From Haliotis rubra (lineage: Eukaryota), in assembly GCF_003918875.1 (NCBI RefSeq), contig NW_025766336.1:3472001-3536000 (forward strand): DNA of 64,000 nucleotides. Direction: 5' to 3'. The notes beneath the pieces are model-generated. The model was given only the letters and a program-made list of their open reading frames with translations. It did no database searches and had not been told where the DNA came from. Below are positions 39,443-50,177 of this stretch, one piece after another; positions within the stretch are counted from its first letter, which is position 1; each line of letters begins with the position of its first letter. A program made the position numbers and the translations under genes.

Positions 39443-41059
39443 TAATAATAATAATAATCTATTCATATCTGAACCATGTATATCATGGAACAATTTGAAA
39501 GGTATTTTGTTTTAAGTTTTCTGATTGTATGCTGTGACATTGTGGTTGGGATACACCTCATTGGTATTTGTCAACAGCCTGTCAATTCAAATAGAAAGTC
39601 AGAATGGAAGATTTGGATAAAATGCTTCATGCCAACATGAGAATCTCTACAACCACTGAAACTTTGGTATTCCATGAGATTACTCTTATCAATGACAAAG
39701 GCCACCACAATCTGACTTGGAACTAAGGTAAAATCTCCTACATATAAACGGTAGCGCAGATAGGGTTGCGGAACAGAGAAAAACATGACCAGTCTCCCTA
39801 TATGCGAGCAAAGGGTTGTTAAATATTTTTAATGTCAAAATAACATATCGCCAATATCAAAGGTAGACACCCATTTCCTCACAGGGTTGTGTTCTCAGAT
39901 TTCCAACCTCATATTTAATAATTACTCATGTAAAATATTTATCATTCAACATTTTAAGCACCACTCATGGCATATCAAATCGTTTTTCGCCTCCATTACC
40001 CCTGTCAGCTTCCGTTCAATTGAGTGAAGGAACAAGAATAAGCAGAAATTAAAAAGAATTATCATATATATTATTACTTATGCATATAATCTTCATGACA
40101 TATAAAGCATAAAAAATACCAACCAATATTCAAGTGAAAATAGAAGAGCACAGTAACAAATTTCTGGGCTAAAATTCGAACTGGTTTCCATAGAAACAAA
40201 AGCAATGAAAAAATACAGAAATCCCATTGTCTTTGACTGATAGATGGTCCATCTATCAAAGCAGCTATTTTTTAGTTTAATGCTTGTTTCTTTTTGCGGG
40301 GTAGTGCTGCCCTATATGATTTGACCTTATTTACGAGAGATATTTTCAGGTAATGGTCACATTCATCAAAATACAAATCAATGAGCAAAGAGTACAGAAC
40401 TTCTAAGGAATCATCTTCATGCCCTTCACTTAATTTAGCAGATATGAAGAGTTCTAACCACATTGAAACTACAGGGAAAAAACAGAATGTTTGATCTGAG
40501 ATGTGCATCAGACCTCTGGGTGAAAACTGTTTAAAGTCTATCTCTGACAAACTTGCCTTGTCCTCAGTTTGGCTATTAATTTCACATTCACTCACCAATT
40601 TTGAAGCAGTAATTGCTTAACTTTGTCAATTCTTGATTGTTTAGAAAATCTTCCTTGTCAGGGCATCAGGCTTCGTCAGCACTGATTTTCTAAGTCTCTG
40701 TCTGATTCTTGTTATACATGCACCAGGTATGTAACATACTTTGGCACGAGGCATGTCAGTCACTTCTTCAGCATTGTAGATAACATGTTCTTCCTGTGTA
40801 TCCATGATCTGACTGGCCTCTTGATGTACATGGACTTGCAAGATATAGATAGAGTTTTGTAGATGTTTTCTTGCTGTAACTCTTATCTTGTACTTTGGAA
40901 AAAAGTCACTGATAGCTTGCCTTGTGATCTTCAGAATTCAGGAAAATGGTTAACATGACATAATATTAGTCAATGGTTTGTCTTTGGTAGGATTTGCTTT
41001 CTTTAGTTACAACTTTTTTCACAACTTCTTCTGCTCCAGTCTTCCCTGGTATCTTTTTT

Positions 41060-41400
41060 CCTCTTGTGTTCACATGTTGGACAACATCCTTGTACTCTAC
41101 ATCACAAAACTGACTGAAGTCATACAAGACAGACTTTCTCTTTGTAGATTTGTCAAACCGTTAGTACATGTCCACACTAAAGTCTTCAGTATCAAAGTTC
41201 ACCTCACACTGAAGAGAATCAGAAGCCTTGCAAGCTAAATAGTGCACCAAGTGACATGGACAGCCAACAAAATAGCAAGATTCAATCTGGTCTTCCACTT
41301 GGGACTGAAGCAACAGGTTGGTCTCTCCTGAATCTTTTGACTTAGAGAGGTGAATTTCACCATGCATTTCATTCATTTTCAACTCAAAAGCCCATACAGT
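41060..41400 (-). pseudogene. hAT transposase remnant
   Basis: GCPCHLVH (CxxH motif), then FDKSTKRK..FCDVEY..QHVNTR; contains stops. Confidence 0.7.
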
Positions 41401-42544
41401 TTAATTGGAGGGAGTTGCCCCTCACCATATTGAAGAGGTCTTCTGAGACTTTCCATCAGGTCAGTTGGACGACCATCACCAACTCATTTATGGCAGATAT
41501 TAGGTCCCCTCCTCACTCGCATATTGGAAGACTAGTCATTTTTCTCTCCGTTGCACAACCCTATTTGCCTGTGACTGAAGTTTTCATAAAATGAAATAAC
41601 ACCTATGTCTATCAAGTCAACAGTCATTTATTTTTTAAGGTTGACGTTGTGATATCAATGAACATATGATAAAATTCAGACATGTTTATTTACCGCAATA
41701 TTGCTCTTTCCAATATTAATGTATTCCTCTGAAGGTGTATCCGTTCAAGGCATCAAATATTCAAGCACTTTAGCTTAATATGAAAATATATACAATAGCA
41801 AGTTAACCCTTCATCCAGTGGAGGTGAACTTCTGTACCTGTGATATTCAGGGTGATGTATGGATGATACCTCAGATGAGAGAATAAAGCAGATGTGATCT
41901 GAGAAGTGTGTGTGAAATGTACAGCTTGCTGACATAACAATTATGTCCAAGACCATATGTGGCAGTTGTCATTGAACGGAAAACCCCATTGCTAGATTGA
42001 CATTTTTATTCTGATTTGATGTGACCAACAGCAAATAATATGTATTCAGCATCAATAAAAGCATTATTGATCTTTTTTAGAACATTTGTGAATGGTTAGA
42101 CCCATGCTGAGCCAGTAGTTTTGCATGTTTTAACCTTTCAGAGACCAGTTCTAATAGGTCGCACACCGGGCTTGTGGGAGGGCGGCTGTAGATGAATTAT
42201 ATTATGAGTCACTATTCACCATGTTCAGATGAAATGTGAAGTGTATTTTCTTATATAAATAATAAATTACATCAGAACTGTAATATATTCTGCTGATTTT
42301 GTCAAACATATGCCCATAATACAGAGGACTTACATTGATTGATACCGTGTGGCAGCTTGACTCCTGAGAGTTTCTAGGACTTACATTGATTGATACCGTG
42401 TGGCAGCTTGACTCCTGAGAGTTTCTAGGACTTCAGTCCTGTCCCACAACAAGGCACATGTAATACATGTGGTCTCACTTTAGGCAAGTGAGTTTGTTCG
42501 AAATGTGTCTCCTTCCACCCAGCAGTAAATTGGGTACATGGTAT

Positions 42545-42779
42545 CAGTGTATGAAATAAGGCTCGTCCGACAGCCCGAGACGGGCTAGATTTCTGCCGGA
42601 CGGTCTAATTTTAAAGCTAGCCAGCCCGATGGACAGGTGAAATTTTTTTTTCAGATAACGTGTCCACTGGCACTGTCTGTTTAGTATTTAAGGACTGGTT
42701 AAATCTCTTCTGGGCTGGTAAGTTTTTGAAGTGACCAGCCAGGATGTCTGGTTGGGTTTTTGCCTTATTTCATACACTG
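42545..42779. mobile_element. hAT-like MITE
   Basis: Perfect 18-bp TIR CAGTGTATGAAATAAGGC; TSD ATGGTAT. Confidence 0.85.
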
Positions 42780-42979
42780 ATGGTATGATACGACATGTAC
42801 GATAGTAGTCTGAATTTGAACTTTGAACGCCTGACAGGCGATCAGTCGTATTCTCCACAGGGAGTGTTCTGTACTCGTTGACCAGGGGTAATATGTCAGC
42901 GCTTTGAGCATGCAATGTGCATCAATAAATACACAATATACATGGACTATTATTATTATTCAGTTGCTTAAGCCAGCTG

Positions 42980-43270
42980 AGGGACACAGCATAGAGCTCA
43001 GGTTATAAATCAGTTGAAGTTCAGCAACGTTGGGAGTGGAGAGTCCTTGGATGGGTGACCATGTTTGGCAGCTGGACTCCTGAGAGTTTCTAGGACTTCA
43101 TCCTGCCTCACAACAAAGCACATGTAATACATGTGGTCTCACCTTAGGCAAGTGAGTTTGTTCAAAATTGCCTGTTCACCCAGCATGAAATGGGTACCCA
43201 GTGGGATAAATCATCAGCTCTGGGGTAATAATGTGTTTGCACTTTGAGCGTGCACGAGTGTGTGGAAATA
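42980..43270 (+). mobile_element. 5S rRNA-derived SINE-like element with a CORE-like body; partial copy at 42330-42544
   Basis: GAAGTTCAGCAACGTTGGGAGTGGAGAGTCCTTGGATGGGTGACC resembles the 5S internal control region; followed by CCTTAGGCAAG and TTCACCCAGC..AAATGGGTACC. Confidence 0.6.
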
Positions 43271-44210
43271 GGCGTTTTATAAATGTTTAGTGCCGATTTA
43301 CAGGCTAGTGTACCAGATGAACTGTCTTGGCACTTCTATCACGGGGAAGATTGTGCCTATGCTTGTTCTTCACCAGCTGTCATATTGCTGACTGCTAAAC
43401 AACATTCACTCACTAAACATTTATAAAAAATCCAGATGTTTTGTAATAAAATAAGACCTAAGGAATGATCAATCAAATGACTTTTTATCTATTTTCGGAG
43501 GTACCTTAGCATGTATGCATGCTTCTTGAGACAGGAAGCAGTAGACACATTAACAGTGATTAGACTGACATGTAGTCCCCAAAATAAACTCATGTACACA
43601 TGATAAAATCTAATTCTATAAAAGAACTATGGAGTATTAAGGAGCCTGTAATCTATGGAAATTAATGCCCCCCTACAGTGAAGCAATGACTGCTTCCTTG
43701 CAGGTAAAACGACATGAAAGGAACCCTAGTAAAACTTCCAAAACTGTTTCCAAGTGCTCCTTCCAGGGGACAGAGAGATGGAACAAACAAACCATCAAGT
43801 CTCTTAGTTTCAGAGCTGGTACTGAAAAAGGAATGAATACAGATTTCTAGAGGTGAGAATAACATGGGAGTGAATGTTTATTAAATAATTTGCTCGGGGC
43901 TGTAAGAGAGACCAGAGATGCAGACATAAACCAAGATGTACAACAAAATAACAACAATAACAAATATGGCACCAATTTTAAAGCTTGACACTACAAGTCA
44001 AATAAATAATCCATTTGTTGTAACCTTACACTGGAAAGGTAGTTAATCAGCTGGATTTTTGGCTGTAGGATTAGTCTGGTAACTTGTCTGAGACCAATCC
44101 TGGAATTTTAAAACAAGAAGGATGCACACTTAATCAACTCTCAAGGCATGTAAACTGAACAAAAAACATGTTGACATGTACAATGTCCTTCCTCCCTTCT
44201 TCATCAGTGG

Positions 44211-44448
44211 ATCCGTGAAGATCCGAGTTAGAACTGATCTTCAGCAACCCATGCTTGTTGTAAGAGGCGACTAACGGGATCTGGTGGTCAGGCTCCCTGA
44301 TTTGGTTGACACGTCATCGTATCCCAATTATGTAGATCGATGCGCGTGATGCTGATCACTGGATTGTCTGGTCCAGACATTATTATTTACAGACTGCCGC
44401 CATATAGTTGGAATATTGCTGAGTGCGGCGTAAAACTAAACTCACCCA
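44211..44448 (+). mobile_element. Family B retroposon, full copy just downstream of the TEFM stop
   Basis: Same head and tail; flanked by a TTCTT(C/G)ATCAGTG direct repeat. Confidence 0.85.
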
Positions 44449-44589
44449 TTCTTGATCAGTGACAGTGTTCATCATCTTTTATAAGGGTGTTCAAATAATT
44501 CCAGCACAAATTAACCAGACAAACTAGCCTTGCATACAGCCATTCACAAAATCACATGTAACCATGGTAACAAGACACCAAGATGGCCT

Positions 44590-47500
44590 TCACAATGGCA
44601 GTCTATGACTCCTTAGTACTATCAGCTTATAGAAAGCCACTCCAAGCAGCAATGAGTTCGCATACTTCTCCTTCTGTACATTGTTGAGATTCTTAAACGT
44701 GTCCCAGCGAGCATATGGGATGTTAACATCGCTGGCAACATCCGACTGCATCCTCTCAATGTCCTGCAGAACATGCTGACCACTCACCCTCTCCCCACCC
44801 ACTGACAGACCGAAGAACTGGCTGACCAGGGTAGGAGCTACCATGTATATCTTGTGATCCACACTTGATTCAAAGTCACTGTTTAACAGAGTGAAGAGCA
44901 TAGCATCTAAAATCTTCATGTTGAAAAGGAACGGCACCATGCGAGGATTGATGTTACGGAAAACTTTTCTTTCCATCACATATATGTCTGCTTCTGGAAG
45001 TTTGTCTTTTATCAAGTGCAACTGAAAAAATAAAGTCATGTAAATTAGTTTACTATAATCATGTTTTACTTTATGTCTTGTTACATAAATCTGATGACTT
45101 CAACTTTCATAAATGTGTAAGATATCAGAAACTGAAGAAGAGAGTGCTATAGAGCCAAAACTGAAAGAGAAATAGCTTACGACTCGCTCAAAAAGATGAT
45201 TTTGAAATGTGTTTGTATTTCTTGTCTGAGCACTAACCTGTTGTTTTTTAAAGAAGGCCAATACAGAATTTAAATAATTTTAGGTGCCTCATATCCTGGA
45301 GTTTAACCCTGTTCATACAAATGTCCCTCCTGTAAGCTTAGCAGTCTTCATGCAGGCTCCACATACAACCAAAGGTATTTGTCTAGATTGATAACTTTCA
45401 ACAGGTGATACTGTGTTGCGTTTTTATATTTTCATGTACATCTGTAAATCACCATGGTAACAGAAATTATCTGAATTCTCACCTTCTCAAGGAACTGATA
45501 AAGATCAAGTTTCTGATTTATTCTATCAAAGAGGCTGATGTGATCCCAGCCTTCCACAAGCAAGTTGCGATCTATCTTTGTCCAGGTGATGCCATCGAGT
45601 TGAGCGTCCAGAGTCACAAGAGTCCTCACATTCTACAATCAAATTATCTTAGCTATAGTCGAGGGGATCACCCCTGTACACACGTGTACTCACAGCACTC
45701 AAGAGACCCTTACCCTAAACCCCTTTTAATGTTTTTCATAAAACACAGCAATAACTTCATTATTATCCTCGGGTGGTGGGGTGGCCTAGTGGTTAAAGTG
45801 TTGGCTCATCACATCAAAGACCCGGTTCGATTCCCCACATGGGTACAATGTGTGAAGCCCATTTCTGGTGTCCCTTGCCATGATCTTGCTAGAATATTGC
45901 TAAAAGCGGCGTTCAACCATACTCACTCACTCATAATCATACCCATGAAGGTCAGGGATAGAATATTGATCTTCAGTAACTCATGCTTGTCGTAAGAGGC
46001 TAACTAACGGGATCAGGTGGTCAGGCTCGCTGACTTGGTTGACAAATGTCATCGGTTCCCAATTGCGCAGATTGATGCTCATGCTGCTGATCACTGGATT
46101 GACTGGTCCAGACTCGATTATTTACAGACCACTGCCATACAGCTGGAATATTGCTGAGTACGGCGTAAAACTAAACTCACTCACTATCAACCTGATACTG
46201 TCAAAGTAATGTTCCACAAATGGAACAATACTGAACTTCACTGTAAAGTGAGTGGGTGAATGCTGGAGGAAAGCCTAAAGAGATGCAGACCTTACTCTCT
46301 ATAAACATAATCAGGGTGACCCACAATTTGAACCCATGAGGATTAGTTTCTGGTGTACCCAAGGGAGACAACCCTAAAAAACAGACTGTGGTGATTCAGG
46401 CAACCAGGCCATCTGTGGATAGCTATAAATAAACCTGTCATGTAATGAAACAACAAATTAATTTACTTACCCTACGTTGAGATGGGCTTATGTCAGGAAA
46501 TGAGAAAAAGTCCTAATTTGGAGTTTCCTGAGCTGTCTGTTTATGAACACCATATGTATGCTTCCTTGAAAATGCTTTTCGTTTCATGGTTTTACTATAT
46601 ACTTGAACCATGCTTCTCTCACTTTCAACCCCAAAACTCCTGATGTATTTGATTGGCCCCAGGAAGTAATACTGTGTCAAATATGCAAACATAAAACACA
46701 AACCTGGCAGGTCTTTTCCGATATGTTTGGCTCAGCCCTTATTCGATCAAAATCTGCCCTAGACGTCTTATCTCGAAGAGTTTCATAATCCAAAGTACGG
46801 AGAACATTGCAAATCTTCTGGATTCCTAAAATGCCAACTCCAGGTACTAGTAAAATATCCGACAATGTCTGGAAGTTGCCATTGTCTTTCCTGTGCCTCA
46901 CAATGGAGGAGGCCTTGTGGTGATTCAGCTGCCTTGTGTGCTGCAACTCATATTCGTTACATCGGTTGAATGTGTCAAGGATCTTCTCTTTCTCAGCATC
47001 TGAGTACAGAGAATCCAGAATACTTGCTTCTTTCTGGAATGTCTTCTGGGCTAAACATCTACGAGCAACCTGGAACAAGTGTCATCACAAATGAGAAGGT
47101 GAATCAGCCCTCTTAAATGCTAAATATCACCGCCTGCAAATAATCATGTTTGGCCATGTAAACCAATGTTTGACAGTATGAGCATGAACTCCCACTGAGT
47201 TGGATGATGCACAATTTAATCAACCAGTTCACAAACTGTAACCACCCAATCTCCATGTGCTACATACTGGATACATCCTGGTCATGGACAAGTGAGTGAA
47301 TGATAGATTAAGGTTTTATGCAGCTTGTTGCAATATTCTGGCAATTTGACAACAGGACACCAGAAATATGCTTCTCATGTTATACACAAATGCATTTTTT
47401 GATGTGACAATCAAACACTCTGACCTGTAGGCTTCCCTACCATCCAGTCATGTATGCTGCACCTTGAGAATATTGTAACAAAATGATTAACGATGGTCTA

Positions 47501-48442
47501 AGATTAAACAAAACATTACAGAAAATTTCCATAAGGCCAAATAAAAAAATGTTTTGGTTCTGATTTCCTCTTTGAAATGTAGGGTAGGTACGTAGGATTT
47601 ATTTTTTTTACCTTTTTTTAGACTGACTGACTGACTGAGTTTTGGTTTTACACCGCTTTTATCAATATTCCAGCAACATCACGGCGGGGGACACCAGAAA
47701 CTTTTTTTAGAAGTAAAGTACAAACCAATAATACATTTATCAATGTGTAATTGTTTTTCAATCAAGCTTGCAGCCATCATGTCAACTTTCTCTATCAGAG
47801 TGACCGATGTCTGTTGGTGACAGGAAAAAACAATCGTATCTGAAAGCTTATTTTATAAATACCGCCTAAAAAAGATAGGGTCGGCACCAGAATTCAAGGG
47901 TCGGTCGGGTAATCAGAACCACAACATTTTCTTTTTTAGGCCTAATCTACCAGGGATATACAAATTACAAAATGTATCATATTTCTGTTAAACACACAAA
48001 TCACAGCATGTAGAAGCAGTTTTTTAAAGAAATGTAAATACACTATAATCATGGTAATGTAGGTTCTGATCATTATTATAATGACTGATGTATTGAAACA
48101 TGAAATGTAACAACATATAACATCTTTTAGTTTAAATAAGTATTGATGTTTGGAAGTATTTTCACAGCTAGGTATAATTCATATGTTTCAGTGAAGTGAC
48201 TATTTGTTACCTACAGTGTGATCCGCAAACATCAAGACTATTTATCATGTAAAATTGTTTAAAGTGTCAATCATAATCACGGAGATATAGGGTTACTGCA
48301 CCGCAGCTTGTTGTGCTATTTCCGAACATCAAACTGTCATTCACAACAGTATTATGGTCCTTCTACCTACACTCACGTTTGATGCGAACAGACTTTTCCT
48401 TCCAACAACCGGTAATCGAAACATCGAACAAATGCACTGCAT
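44590..48442 (-). CDS. TEFM: Mitochondrial transcription elongation factor, ~337 aa; exons 48442-48377, 47069-46704, 45632-45483, 45021-44590
   Basis: All introns are phase 0 GT-AG. Basic presequence-like N-terminus (MFRLPVVGRKSLFASNVARRC), tandem HhH region (ILDTFN...KASSIVRHRKDNGNFQTLSDILLVPGVG) and RuvC-like C-terminus (LPEADIYVMERK...VSQFFGLSVGGERVSGQ...EKYANSLLLGVAFY). Confidence 0.92.
45770..45932 (+). mobile_element. Family A tRNA-SINE in TEFM intron 2
   Basis: A and B boxes and (TCAC)n tail. Confidence 0.85.
45940..46185 (+). mobile_element. Family B retroposon in TEFM intron 2
   Basis: Same head and tail; directly follows a tRNA-SINE. Confidence 0.85.
47532..47944. mobile_element. 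MITE in TEFM intron 1 containing a SINE fragment
   Basis: Imperfect ~33-bp TIR AGGCC(A/T)AA..AAAATGTT(T/G)TGGTTCTGATT. Confidence 0.7.
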
Positions 48443-48650
48443 CACTGCACAAAACTTGACATTCGTTTCAAAACATGTGATGCCTATTTACGGAAATGAA
48501 CTGAAATAACCCTCTGTTACAAAAGAGTGAAACTGATTATCTCCCTTTGGTTTACATACCGTTAAGGGAATTTATGTATACATATATTTATTATGTCTTA
48601 GAGACGAAGTACATACATGGTGTTTCAAAAGTTTCAGTTAACGCTTCGTC

Positions 48651-48660
48651 TCTCGCGAAA
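48651..48660. promoter_or_regulatory. TCTCGCGAAA element (TMTCGCGANR housekeeping-promoter motif) ~210 bp upstream of the TEFM ATG
   Basis: Matches the consensus and lies at a plausible promoter position; function is inferred. Confidence 0.35.
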
Positions 48661-48864
48661 TAGTTTCCAAATTTTGCCTGTATATGGAATAATTATCAGG
48701 GGCCGATTTGGGATTGAAATCCAGGAGCCGGTTCGGCTTGGGGCCGGTTCGGGTGTATCCCTCAGGAAACAGCGATTTTGAATTAAGGCAGATAATATAT
48801 ATTAATTTCATGGTTACAACATATCAAGTACATTTTTTAAGATTACATGAATCCCCCACTCTGT

Positions 48865-49028
48865 AGTGAGTAAATGGGTGTAGTTTTACGTCGCTTTTAG
48901 CAATATTCCAGCAATCTAACAGCGGGGAACACCAGAAATGGGCTTTACATATTGTACCCATGTGAGGAATCGAACCCTGGTCTTTGGCGTGACGAGCGAA
49001 CGCTGTAACCATTAGGCTACCTCACCGC
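48865..49028 (-). mobile_element. Family A tRNA-SINE between TEFM and the fucosyltransferase
   Basis: A and B boxes and shared tail. Confidence 0.85.
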
Positions 49029-49582
49029 AACTGTCACTAGGAAAACCATGGACAAACACTGGTTGGAACCAAATTGTAGGATTCCAACATGTCATGGTAG
49101 AATTATCATTGGGGGTGATGTAGTCTGTCTTACAATACCTGAACCACCTTATTTTCCCTACTGCATAAAGTCCTAAATGAAGCAAGTCTAGATTTCCACA
49201 GGTTCAGGTTCTGAATCTCTGGTATCAACTGGGCTCCTTTTCAATTTATATGGGTATATTTGTCACAATCAAAATTATATATATTCAGAGACTAAGCGTT
49301 AGTCTAGGGGTTATGGTGTGAATGGATCTTGGTAGAATTATGTGTGATACAAAAGAGGATGATCAGTCCGCATACTAGAGGGTGTGTCAAGTTAAAGCTT
49401 AAAGATATTGTGAAGCAAAGCAATGATAAATCCAGCGATAGCCACGACTCAGTGTTACAGCAAAAGAATTGGGTTTTAACGAACCTTCCATTTATGTCCC
49501 AGGAATATAATCACCGTAACTGATTAGTTAAAATTTTACATCGCATCGACGATATATGCAGAACACTACTTTAACCCCCTCT

Positions 49583-49610
49583 CACACACACACACACACA
49601 CATACGCACT

Positions 49611-49646
<36 letters not shown>
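49583..49646. repeat. (CA)n microsatellite
   Basis: Direct inspection. Confidence 0.9.
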
Positions 49647-49650
<4 letters not shown>

Positions 49651-50177
49651 CAAAACAAACTATGATCGGTTCCTAATGAATTGTTGTTTGCATTTCAGCC
49701 CAGGATCCTGATACTGATATTAATATTGATTTATTGTAACACCGCATGGGGGTGGTATTTGTTCAACAATGTTTAAAGTTATGTATATTTCACTACCGTA
49801 ACAATAAACTGTGGTTTGTATTTCAGCCCAGGGCTTGATACTGATATTAATATTGATTTATTGTAACACCGCACCGGTTTTGGTCATCATTATCGACCCG
49901 CCTTGCCAAGAGTTCATTCAAGAGCGAAGAATGTCGCCAAGCAGGGTTTTAAAGTTTATATGTTTGTGATTGTCACCATCTAGGTGTGTTCAATATAACA
50001 GGAAGCCGGGTCTACTGGAGTCACCCGACCTACTTACACAGCAGTAGGTGAAGTTATAAGGGAAAAAAACAGGGGTGATAGGGTTGTTGTGTCGTTCACG
50101 AAGTGTAAACACAATGTAACCTGTATGTTAGCGCAGAGCTCTCTGTGTAGAAGGTACATATTGTGTTCACGGCAGCC

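Noticed and set aside
43010-43062. 5S rRNA gene
   Set aside because: Only the internal control region is similar; the ends and terminator are missing.
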